Source: Mobula hypostoma
Lineage: Eukaryota
Length of the DNA: 64,000 nucleotides
Reading direction: 5' to 3'
Assembly: GCF_963921235.1 (NCBI RefSeq)
Contig: NC_086097.1
Coordinates: 237,524,001 to 237,588,000, forward strand
Part shown: one piece after another, positions 1 to 11,977 of the stretch
How positions within the stretch are numbered: position 1 is the first letter of the stretch
Layout: each line of letters opens with the position of its first letter
The notes under the pieces: model-generated
The model's input: only the letters and a program-made list of their open reading frames with translations
What the model was told of the DNA's origin: nothing
Databases searched by the model: none
Translations under genes and position numbers: made by a program

Positions 1-184
1 AAAAAGGGGATTAATGTTAGATTACTGCAAATGACGAGTTGATCATTGGTTGGGTCTCAATGGCATTTTCCATGCTGTAGCTTGCTAATACTCTGTTTTT
101 CTACTTTTTAAATGGTTCTCTCAATAGCAAACATTTGAGAATAAATCAAGTGCCTTTAAAAACAGTAAGCTGTTAAAACCCATC

Positions 185-750
185 AAGATCCATAAGATCT
201 AGGAGCAGAATTAGGCCATTTGGCCCATCAAGTCTGCTCTTCCATTTCATCATAGCTGATCCATTTTCCCTCTCAGCCCCAATATTCCTTCATGCCCTGA
301 CCAATCAAGAATCTATCAACCTCTGCCTTAAATATAGGTAAAAACTTGACTTCCAAGGCTGCCTTTGGCAATGAATTCCACAGATTCACCACTCCCTGGC
401 TAAATAAATTCCTCCTCATCTCCTTTCAACAAGGATGCCCCCTTATTCTGAGGCTGTGTCCTCTGGTGTTGGACTCTGTCACCACAGAAACATTCTCTCC
501 ACATCCACTCTATTGAGGCCTTTCAACATTTGATAGGTTTCAATAAGGTCACCCTTCATTCTTCTGAATTCCAATGAATACAAGTCCTGAGCCATCAAAT
601 GCTTTTCATATGACAAGCTGTTCAATCTTAGAATCATTTTTGTGAACCTCCTTTAAATCCCCTCCAGTGTCAGCCCATCCTTTCTTAGTTAAGAGGCCCA
701 AAGCTGCTCACAATACTCCAAGTGAGGCCTCACCAGTGCTTTATAAAGTT
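185..750 (-). mobile_element. CR1 LINE 3' fragment (ORF2 C-terminus and 3' UTR)
   Basis: Minus strand reads LVRPHLEYCEQ..QRVVNLW-like coding remnants, then the 3' hairpin (gatgggccaaatggcctaattctgctcct) and a tcttatg-type tail. Confidence 0.85.
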
Positions 751-927
751 CTCTGGGTGGGAAGAAAATCTTATTTGGAAGTCCTCTTCCTAACAATGTA
801 TTTCTTGGGTGCTGCATGTGGATGCCTCTCAGGTGATCAACTTAGTTGTCCCTCCAAACCTGGAAAAGTTAAGCTTTAGTGGTCAGATGAATCCAGCACA
901 AACTGTCCCATGCTTTGCATTTTGTCA

Positions 928-1155
<228 letters not shown>

Positions 1156-1254
1156 TCAAAGCTTCAGTGTAGGTTTCAATCTATCAGGTTATTGTAAGTA
1201 CAGGTATTCTTCAATAAATATAAATTTAACTGTTTTGTTCCCAAGAATCGCATG

Positions 1255-1390
1255 GTCCTGATAAAGAGTATCAGTCCGAAAAGTCAACTCTTTATTCCTT
1301 TCCATAGATGCTGTCTGACCTGTTGAGTTCCTCCAGCATTTTGTGTGTGCTTCTTTGGATTTCCGGCATCTGTAGAATCTTTTGTGTTTA
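1255..1390 (+). mobile_element. Degenerate Penelope terminal repeat with decayed hammerhead motif
   Basis: cctgataaagagtatcagtccgaaaagtcaact followed by atagatgctgtctgacctgttgagttcctccagcatttt, homologous to 54990-55090. Confidence 0.7.
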
Positions 1391-1599
1391 TGAGTTTCCC
1401 TAGCAGTTTATTATATGCTTTGGGATTCAAATTTCACTGCAGATTTTATGCATGCACGGGCATTTCAGTGCAGGGAGATTTTGAAAAGGAAATGTGCCCT
1501 ATTTTCCAGAAATATAACAAGATTCAACTCTCTGTTTTAACTATTACAGTACATGTCTTATAAAAGGCCTATTTCACTTTTTTGATGGTGAGACAGGTG

Positions 1600-2032
1600 A
1601 CAAAGCAGAAATGCAGCCTCAGTTTTGGCAAGGACAAGGCCTCAGGCTGCAGACCAGGTGAGGGACATCAGGGGCAGTGCAGCGTGGCATCCGTGCTCAA
1701 TTGGAGGCCTGCTTCTCCTCTCGGTGCTGCCTTCTAGTGTTCAACCAGTGGAATGACAGGCTGGGTTGCTGGGAGCTCTCCTCTCAGTGCTGCCTTCTAG
1801 TGTTCGACCGGCACAATGACAGGCTGGATTGCTGGGAGCTGTACCATCAGATTGCATGTTGCTCAGAGTCTTGAACTATACATGCATTTTCTTGTGTAAT
1901 GATGTGTGTGTGTTTTTTTATCTCATTATTTTGAATGTATGTTATACACCTTGGTCCCAGAGGAATGGTGCCTCGTTTGCCTGTATCCAGGTATAGTTTG
2001 AATGATAATTAAACTTGATTTGATTTGATTTT
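1600..2032 (+). mobile_element. Non-autonomous retroposon with an internal 63-bp tandem duplication (1714-1776, 1777-1839) and a (TTTGA)n tail
   Basis: Its 3' module ...ccagaggaa..tcgttt..tgaatgataattaaacttgatttgatttga is shared with the element at 50945-51765. Confidence 0.55.
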
Positions 2033-2129
2033 GATGAGGATTCAGTTCTTCACCTCTGCTGGTTAATACTAGTTTATTTTCCAAAAAGGGTAGAGTTCCT
2101 ACTTTTCCTACTTCCAAATCAACTAAGTA

Positions 2130-2925
<796 letters not shown>

Positions 2926-3027
2926 TCAAATAGTTCCCATGTAACTAAAAGTGTTCTTTGAAAGGAATAATTATCATGTAAAGCATCCCATTAAATGGAG
3001 TCACAATTTGGTTCTGATGGTAGAACA

Positions 3028-3562
3028 CACTCAGTAGCCACTTTATTAGGTACAACCTGTACACCTGTTTGGTAATGCAAATATCTAATAAGCCAATCAT
3101 ATGGCAGCAACTCAATGCATAAAAGCATGCAGATGTGGTCAAGTGGTTCAGTTGTTGTCAAACATCAGAATGGGGAGCAGATGATTGTTGGTGCCAGATG
3201 GGGTGGTTTGAGTATCTCAGAAACTGTGGATCTCTTGGGATTTTCATGCACAGCAGTCTCTAGAGCTTACAGAGAATGGTGGGATAAACAAGAAACATCA
3301 GTGAGTGGCAGTTCTGTGGGCAAAACTTCCTTGTTAATAAGAGAAGTCAGAGGCGAATGGCCAGACTGGTTCAAGCTGACTGAAAGGCACCAGTAACTTA
3401 AATAGCCGTGTGTTATAACACTGGTGTGCAGAAGAGCATCACTGACTACACAACACACCAAACCTTGAAGTAGATGGGCTATAACAGTAGAAGACCAGAA
3501 ACATACACTCAGTGGCCACATAATTAGGTACCTCCTGTACCTAATAAAGTGGTCACTGAGTG
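3028..3562 (+). mobile_element. Non-autonomous Tc1/mariner element with an N-terminal transposase remnant
   Basis: ~27-bp TIRs: cactcagtagccactttattaggtaca ... tgtacctaataaagtggtcactgagtg. ORF 3115-3396 contains MIVGARWGGLSISETVDLLGFSCTAVSRAYREW, a Tc1 paired-like HTH. An extra TIR copy starts at 3506. Confidence 0.85.
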
Positions 3563-4499
3563 ATTATATCAGTGCAAGGCTAACTTGGCTTGCTTACCAT
3601 AAAAGTTTGAACTAGCTAATATCAAATAAATGAGATAATATTGCTTCATATTGTTTTATTATTAAGCAACCATACTAAGTTAATTGCAAAATTGTCCATT
3701 TGGAAGCAGCAGGTGCTGTCAAAAATAATCTACTTAATCTTAAATTATTGCCTTTTCTCTATTTCACTTTGTACTGTATATCTAAACATTAGCACGATCA
3801 CACTAGTAATCTGTTCATATTTGTTGATACATCTTTAAATGGTTCAGCACAGATTAGATGGGCCAAAGGGCCTGTTTCTGTGCTGTACTTCGCTATGACT
3901 CGATGTAGCCTTATTCAGTACTCTGGAAACTATTTTTGGCATTAAATTTAAAATAGTTTACAACTTTATTCTATTAATAATTTCCAGTTTTTAAGAAATT
4001 TTCGTGAACTTTATTAGGTTGTTAATGATAGAACAAACCACAATACAAAAAAACAATGTCCTTGGACATACTGTACTAATGCATTAGAATGTGCATTTGC
4101 AGCGTAAATTATAAACTGCAGTCAATCAAATGGCAGCTAAAGCAATATCTCCAGCCATAGACTTTCTTTGTGGTACAACAAATTGGAACCAAGCCCTTCC
4201 ATAACTAGGACTTGGAGCAATATCCAGTTTAGGCATATGGCAGGAATATTTATCTCTGATGACTAGGAAGGGTTTTAAGTTAAATTAGTTGGGACAGAGT
4301 ACAGTTCCGAGTGGGCATGATTCCACTGTGCAAACCTGCTTTCATAATTAAAGGTTGGAGCAAAATCATCCTATTTTCTGTATATTACTAAAAGTCTGAC
4401 AAGTGGAAGTAACAAATGTAAGCATTGAGGTTAATCTGACTTTCAGGTTAGGATGATACCCAATCGTTATTTGATGTCTTTATTAAAAAATGGGAAAGG

Positions 4500-4632
4500 T
4501 AAATCATTAAGGTTCTCTGACTGAAACATCAACTCTTTGTTCCTCTCCACAGACGCTGATTGACTTGCTGAGTTCCTCCAGAATTTTGCGTGAGTTACTC
4601 TGGATTCGCAGTATCTGCAGAATCTCTTGTGC
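4500..4632 (+). mobile_element. Degenerate Penelope terminal repeat
   Basis: ctgaaacatcaact...cttgctgagttcctccagaattttgcg...atctgcagaatctcttgtg. Confidence 0.6.
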
Positions 4633-4984
4633 TTGTCAATATATTGAATAGGCAATTTGCAGTTTTAGTTAAGTGAACTCTGCAGCTTAAACTGACGCTG
4701 CAGTAAAATGGTTTCTAGGTCAGAGATTATCGGAGATAAAACTGCATTATTACATCCTTGTGAAACAAGCAGATTTGACATTATACGAGGCAAGCTGTCA
4801 ATCCCATCTTAATTTCCCTTTACATCGTTTCAGTCCAAAGACCTAAAATATGCCGAGATTGGAGGTAGATAAATACATTGATGAAGTGACTTTGTTATGA
4901 GACTAAGAATATAATATCCTAGAACAATAATCAGAGCAATATCAATTCTAAACAGTATACAGACATCTTGGATCAAGTCTTTAG

Positions 4985-7150
4985 TATTGGAGGGTGAGCA
5001 GCCAGGCGTCATGGTCAACATCAGTACCAATGACATGGGAAGGAAGGGTGACAGGAAGTTAGGTGCTAAGTTTAAGGACAGGACCTTGAGGGTCCCCAGG
5101 ATTGCTATGTGTGCTGTGTGCTAGTGAGGGAGAATAGAAGGATGATAGAATTTGCCACGTGATTAAGGAGATGGTGCAGAAGATTTTTGGATCTTAACTT
5201 CTCTCTTCCAAGGAAGGTGGGACCTGTAAAGAAGGGTCAGTTTGTACCTGAATTGGAGGGGTCTAATATCTTTGCATAAGGGTGTTCAAGGGGATGGGAA
5301 CCAGAGACAGAACAGATAGTGGAGTGGTTGTGGGGAAAGATGTTGTTTGGCCTACATACAAAGTAAAGAATCAAGATTAAGCATGATGGGGTTAATGTTC
5401 CGTGTTGTGTATATTTCAATGCAAGGAGCATTGTAGGAAAGGTGGATGAGCTGAGGGCATGGATCAGCTCATGGAATTATGACTTTGTAGCCATTAGTGA
5501 AACTTGGTTGCAGGAAGGCAGGACTAGCAGCTTTGGGTTCTGGGGTTCTATTGATTCAGACATGATAGAGCAGGAGGGATTAAAAGGGGAGAGATGGCAT
5601 TACTCATCAGGTAGAATGTCAAGGTAGTGCTTAGGTAGGACAAACTGAAGAGCTTGTTTACCAATGTTATATGGGTGGAACTGAGGAATAAGAAAGGAAT
5701 GGTCAAATTAAAGGAATTATATTATAGACTACCCAACTGCAAGACTTGGAAAAGCAAATTTGCAAAAAGATTGCAGATTATTGCGAGAAACATGAGGTTG
5801 TGATAGTAGATTATTTTAACTTTTCAAATGTTGACTGGGATTCCCATACTGTAAAAGAGCTGAATGGGTGGAATTTGTCAGATATGCTTAGGTAAGTTTC
5901 CTTAATCAATACATAGAGGTCCCAACCAGAGAGAGCATGATACTAGATCTCCAATTAGGGAACGAGACAGGGTAGGTGACAGAATATTTTGCATCTAATG
6001 ATCAAAGAAGGAGGTGCATAGCAGGCATAGGCAGGTAGGGACAAATGAGGTACTTGAAGAGTATAAGAAATGCAAGAGAAACCTTAAGAAGGAGAGCTGA
6101 AAGAAGACATGAGGCTGTTCTGGCAGACAAGGTGAGGGAGAATCTCAAGGGGTTCTGCAGATATATTTAGACCAAAGGGATAGCAAGACACAAAATTTGT
6201 CCCCTGGAAGATTAGAGTGGTGGCATCTATGCATGGAGCCAAAAGAGATGAAGGAAATCTTAAATGGACTTTCTTTTTTGCATCTGTACTTAATTGGGAG
6301 ATGGATTCAGAATCTATAAAAGTGAGGCAAAGCAGCAGAGAGAGTGTGGACCCTATACAGATTACAGAGAAGGAGATGTTTATTATGTTGAGGAAAATTA
6401 GGGGTTTATAAATCTCCAGGACCTGACAAGGAAACAACCTTCCTGTTTCTATTTATCTATCCTTTATATGATTTTTGGGATAGATAAGACAGAGGCAGGA
6501 AAGTTGTTTTCACTGGAAGGTGAGACAAGAACTAGGGGACATAGCCTCAAGTCTCAGGGGAGTAGTTTAAGACAGATATGAGGAGGTACTGCTTTCCCCA
6601 GAGAATGGTGAATCAATGAAATTCTCTGCCCAATGAAGCTGTGGAGCCTGCGTCAGTAAATATATGTAAGACAAGTTTGGACACATTTTTGCATAGTATG
6701 GAAATTAAGGGTTATGGGGAAAAGGCAGGTAGATGGAGAAGAGTCCATGGCCAGATCAGCCATGATCTTATTGAATGGCGGAGCAGGCTTGAAGGGCCAG
6801 ATGGTCTACTCCTGCTCCTATTTCTTGTGTTCTTAGGTGTTCCCTCAGACCCTGTGGGAGGCAAGTGCAGAAATTGCAGGGGCCCAAGCAGAGATTTTTA
6901 AAACATACTTAGCATGGGTGAGGTGCTGGGGGATTGGAGGATAGCTGATGTTGTTCCATTGTTTAAGAAAGGCTGTAAGAAAAATCCAGAGAAGTATAGG
7001 CTAGTGAGCCTGACATTAGTAGTGTGTAAGTTATTGGAAGGTAATCTATGGGACCAGACGTAGAAGTATTTGGTTATACAGGGACTGACAAGGGATAGTC
7101 AACATAGCTTTTTGTGTAGGTGGTCGTGTCCAACCAATCTGATAGAGTTT
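4985..7150 (+). mobile_element. CR1 LINE internal fragment (ORF1 esterase end, APE endonuclease, start of RT), interrupted by a nested CR1 3' end at ~6430-6835
   Basis: EGEQPGVMVNISTNDM (ORF1 esterase), DELRAWISSWNYDFVAISETWLQE (APE), YRLVSLTLVV.KLLE (RT). Homologous to 11907-15989. Confidence 0.85.
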
Positions 7151-7201
7151 TGGGACAAAACAGAAGCATGACATACAGTATAGGATAAGAGCAATACTCA
7201 C

Positions 7202-7384
7202 AGATGCAGATGGGCACATTTGCTGACCACTGATTGTTGTCTTGACAAAGCAGGGATTTTTCTCCGATCAGTTCAAATCCAGATTGACACTGAAATCTCA
7301 GAATGTTCCCATTGGAAAATCCATCTGTATCTCTTATGCCATATAATGGAGTCCCAGGATCACCACAACTCTCCTCATCAATTT
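7202..7384 (-). CDS. CSMD3: CSMD3 internal exon, Sushi/CCP domain: (E)IDEESCGDPGTPLYGIRDTDGFSNGNILRFQCQSGFELIGEKSLLCQDNNQWSANVPICI(F)
   Basis: 183 nt, phase 1-1. Acceptor ttctttttcacag (AG at 7385-7386), donor gtgagt (GT at 7200-7201). Four-Cys Sushi pattern. SCGDPGTPLYGIR and WSANxPIC match CSMD3 rather than CSMD1/2 as I recall those proteins. Confidence 0.95.
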
Positions 7385-7479
7385 CTGTGAAAAAGAATAG
7401 TAACAATTTTATCAACAATGGATTTCCAAATCCTTTCCTTCTGAAATTTCATGTTTTGCAAATTCCAGGCAATATTTCA

Positions 7480-7950
7480 AAGAGCAACAGTGGTACTCTG
7501 GTAGACCCTTCGCCTCACTCAAACCTGAGTTAAATCCTGACCATGGATGTTGTCTCTGTGGAGCTTAAATAACCTCACCATGACCATGTTGGTTTCTTCT
7601 GGGTGCCAAGATTCCCTCCCATATCCCAATCACTGCTTGGTTAACTGACCACTATTAATTGTTCCTGGTCACGACAGAAACTCTGAGGGTCTTAATGGGG
7701 ATGTGGGAAGAATACAAAAATTGGGATTAATGTGGGATTAGTACAGGTTGATGGGATTAGTACAGGTTGATGGGACTAGGCAGATTAATGGTTTGGCACA
7801 GACTAGATAGGCCAAAGGGCCTGTTTCTGTGTTGCGGGGTTCCGCGACTCTGTGACTCCAGAGTAAATAGCGGGCTGATGGTCAGCATGGATTCATTGGG
7901 CCAAAGAGCCTGTGTCTGTCGTGCACCTCTTTATGACTCCTTGACTCTAT
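7480..7950 (+). mobile_element. Degenerate tRNA-derived V-domain SINE with CR1-type tail; a second CR1 tail is nested at ~7770-7860
   Basis: B-box-like gagttaaatcc, V-domain-like ggtttcttctgggtgccaagattccctccca, tail gggccaaagagcctgt. Confidence 0.55.
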
Positions 7951-8139
7951 TTTCCTTCATCCATTTTGAATTGTCAGCTGGAGGACTGATCCATCTGACA
8001 GGTGTTGAAACAATAGAATAAAATTTTCCTTGTATTATATTTATTTCTGTTATTTTGAAAATGGACAGGAGTAAGAATTTTGATTTTTTTTAAATCTCTC
8101 TTGAAATAGGAAAGGGAAACAGATTATTTTTTAAAAGGA

Positions 8140-8662
8140 AAAGTAATGAAGTGGATACAGCCCAGTCCATCACGGGTAAAGCTCTCCCCACCACTGAGCA
8201 CATCTACATGAAATGCTGTTGCAGGAAAGTAGCATCCACTATCAGGGACCCCCACAACCCAGGACATGCTCCCTTATCACTGCTGTAATCAGGCAGAAGG
8301 TACAGGAGCCTCAGGACTCGTACCACCAGTTTCAGAATCAGACTCTTGAACCAAAGGGTATAACTTCACTCAACTTCACTTGCCTCATCACGGAAACATT
8401 CCCACAATCTATGGATTCACTTTCAAGGACTTTTCACCTCATGTTCTCAATATTTATTGCTTATTTATTTATTATTATTTATTTTCTATTTACATAGTTT
8501 GTTGTCTTTTGCATATTGGTTGCTTTCCTTTTCATTGGGTATGGTCTTCCATTGATTCCAATATGGGGCTTGGATTTAGTGCGTATGCCCGCAAGAAAAT
8601 GAATCTCAGGGCTGTATATGGTATGTACTTTGATAATAATTTACTTTAAACTTCAAACTTTT
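8140..8662 (+). mobile_element. Rex1/Babar-derived 3' fragment with actttaaactt-type tail
   Basis: Remnant of the [29 protein letters not shown]-terminal motif also present in ORF 16803-17798. Confidence 0.75.
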
Positions 8663-9509
8663 AAAGTGGAAGAATTTAGGGGGGATATCCCAGGACATAG
8701 GGTCCAGACATAAAGAACAATGGCGAAAAGAAATAAGATTTGTTTGCGCTGAACAACGGACCAAAATTGGAGAAGTGTGTAACTGGACAGGGGTATGATT
8801 ATGGAGGGATTTGAAAACAAAGCTCAGAATTTTATGGTTGTGATGTTACTCAACCTAACTTCATTCTAGTTTCCAACTGAGCAGAAATAGGAGAGACAGG
8901 AGAACCACATTGAGATTTGTTCACTTTTCTGGAGGATGGGGGAACGAGGGGTTAGCCAGGAGTCCATTAGAACGGTCAAGTTTGGAAGTAAGAAATATCT
9001 AATTGAAGGTTGCAGCAACAGATAAACAGAGGTGGACGCTGAACCAAAGACACTACAGAGGTGAAAATACATAGTTACCAAGTCTCAGAGAGTTAGCATG
9101 GAGGGGACAAAGCTGGTGGCAGGTACAAGGATTATAGCGTCATTCTTCACAATATTTAGCTAGGAACAATTGCTGCTCTCCAGTAACGGATGTCAGACAG
9201 AAAGGCTAAGTATTTACAAACAGCTAAAGGATTGAAAGAGATTTAGGTGTAGAAATTCAGTGAGAATATGAGGAAGCTATAGCTTCAGAGAACTCCAGGG
9301 ATGTTGGTGTTGGAGAAGTTAATGCATTCAATTCTCTGGTTGTGTTTTGAACCACCCAGCTGAATAACAAGGGAGAAGGATGTTCCATTAAAGATTATCA
9401 CAGGTGGCATTCAATTTAAAAAAATGCAGAAGGAATAACTTACATACTCTCACTATGATTTTTATGTAATTTGATGCAGTTGCAAGGTCAGTTATCAAAC
9501 TGGAGGCAT

Positions 9510-10270
9510 AGCATTATAGAGAAATACAGTACAGAAACAGACCTATTGTCCCAACTAGTCCATGCCAACAACATAGCATCCTTCCTGCCAGTCCCAATGC
9601 CCACGTTCAGACAATAACCCTCCAAGCCCTTCCCCTCCAAGTACCTATCCAAATGCTTCTTATATATTGCAGTTGTACCTGTATCAATCATTTCCTTGGG
9701 CAGCAGCTAGTCCCAAATATTCACCACCGTCTCTATAAAGGTGCTACCTCTGTGGTCTCTTTTGAATCTTTCACTACCTATACTGTATTGATACCCCCTG
9801 GTTTTGGACTCCTCAACCCTGGGGAAAAGGGTGCAATTGCCAATTTTATCCCTACACCTCATGATTTTATAAACTTTGATGAGGTCACATCTCACTCTCC
9901 TAAGCTCCAAGGAATAAAGATACAGCATAGCCAAACTTTCCTTCTAACTCAGGCCAACTAATCTAGGCAACACCCTTGCAAGTCACTTCTGCATTCTCAC
10001 CAGGTTGGCAATGTTTTTCAAATAATAGTGTGACTATAACTCAACATAATGCTCCAAGTACAGTCTCACCAGTGATCATGTAACTGCAACATAATATCCC
10101 TACTCCTAAGCTTAATGTCCTGACTAAATGAATGTTAAATGCCTTCTTCACCAGTCTGTCTACTTGCTTTCAGTGAACTGAGCATTTGTACTCCCCGTTC
10201 CATCTGTTCCACAATGCTTGTCAGTGCCCTTTCATTCACTTTGAGATTTGAACTACTCTGGTTTGAATTT
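9510..10270 (-). mobile_element. CR1 LINE 3' fragment, degenerate
   Basis: ORFs 9707-9934 (LYSLELRRVRCDLIKVYKIMR) and 9488-9691. Confidence 0.8.
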
Positions 10271-10394
10271 CTCAAAGACTATCAATAAACACATTAAAAT
10301 AACTTGGTGATGACACACTTTTATGAGTAGAAATTCACATTTAAACAGTTCTACCACCAATATCTATGCATCTTCTTAGGAGGAAGGACTCTCG

Positions 10395-10786
10395 TGTCAT
10401 GTTCCCTTCTGGCAATCCCCCACCTTGCTATTAGGTGATTAAATGAGGCCTCAATCACCTCATTTAATTTCCAATCATTCCCAGGTTCCACTAACTACAC
10501 ATACCTGCTTCCCATCAGAGACTGCAGGATAAAGACCCTGTGATCACAGCAAGGAACTGCCAGTGCGTTTGGTCGACTTGTGTATGAGTAACCTCGTTCC
10601 ATGGTTCATAGGACTATCAGTTCTAAGTCTAGCATCGTTCCTGAATTCGCTACTAAAACCAAGACTCCTGGTAAAGACTCTCTTGGACACCAATTCCACG
10701 CTCGCTACAACTGTAAAGCCTCCCAACTCAGCCTCCGTGCCTGTGTTCAGCACTTGGGTTCGTTTCACCGCCACATCCTTGCAACA
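10395..10786 (+). mobile_element. Solo LTR, 392 bp, Gypsy-like
   Basis: TGT...ACA termini; 5-bp TSD tctcg/tctag (1 mismatch); 3' motif cagcacttgggttc of the kind seen in fish Gypsy LTRs; no internal coding sequence. Confidence 0.7.
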
Positions 10787-11977
10787 TCTAGTTAAAATTT
10801 TGCATAGCTGAACATAGAACGCACTGTAGAACACAACCGTACAGCACCGGACAGGTCCACAATGTTGTGCAAACCAACTAAATTAGTAATCAAATGGCCA
10901 ATTAAACCAAACTCTTCAGCCTAAAAAATATCCATATTATAAGACCATATGATATAGGAGCAGAATTAAGCCATTCATCCCATCGAGTCTGTTCCGCCAT
11001 TTAGTTATGGCTGATCCATTTTCCTATCCTTGACATTCTTCCTTCAATGGAGTGTCCAGAACTGTACTTAATACTCCAGATGCGGCCTAGTTAGAGATTT
11101 GTAGAGCTGCAACATAACTTCCTGACTTTTGAACCCAATGCCTCTTCTAATAAAGGCAAGCATGCCATATGCCTTCTTAACAACCCTGTCAACCAGCAGA
11201 GCCACTTTCAGGGAGCTGCGAACTTGGACCTCAAGATCCCTCTGCTCATCAACACTGTTAAGGATCTTGCTCTCTTAAGGATGACAAAACATTGTCTTCT
11301 ATCCATGTGTTCTTTCATAAGGTGCCTTTTTAATAGTAAAAAAACTTTTAGATACATACATATATTATTAAATAATTACTGAGAAATTAACTTTACATAT
11401 TGTATTCTTTAATTCTAATTTACCACACTCACTGATACGACAAGTTGTTGGTAAGCTCCTACCAATAGGGAAAATTGTCATTGCTAAAGAGTATCAGAAG
11501 TTCTGTAACTTTCTTCACAGTCAATTCACAATGAATCTTCTTCACAGTCACTTCTGGTTCATCTAATGATATCTGGCAAAATTTCAAAACAGATGGATAG
11601 AGAAGCTAAAAGTAAATTTACTTCATATTCCTGTGAATGATGCATCCAAAGAAATCATTGAGCGACCAGGCACAATGCTGATTCCTCAACCCATACTCTC
11701 GTTAAGTGAGGCTCTTCACTGCAAGCAGAGGATCCAAAGAAATATCTGTTTCAGGTATTCCTGGCTTACTGATCTCAGGACAGAAAAAGGAAAGAGCTGA
11801 TCAAAGTGTTTCTCTTATCTCTGCAAATAAGAGCTGAAAATTACTCAGAAAGGCAGCTGCCCTGTCCTTGCAATGCACCTTCCTAATTCTGACCTTATGC
11901 GCATTCAAACCATAGAACAGTACAGCACAGAAAACAGGCCATTTGGCCCTTCTAGTCCATGCCAAAACTTTATTCTG

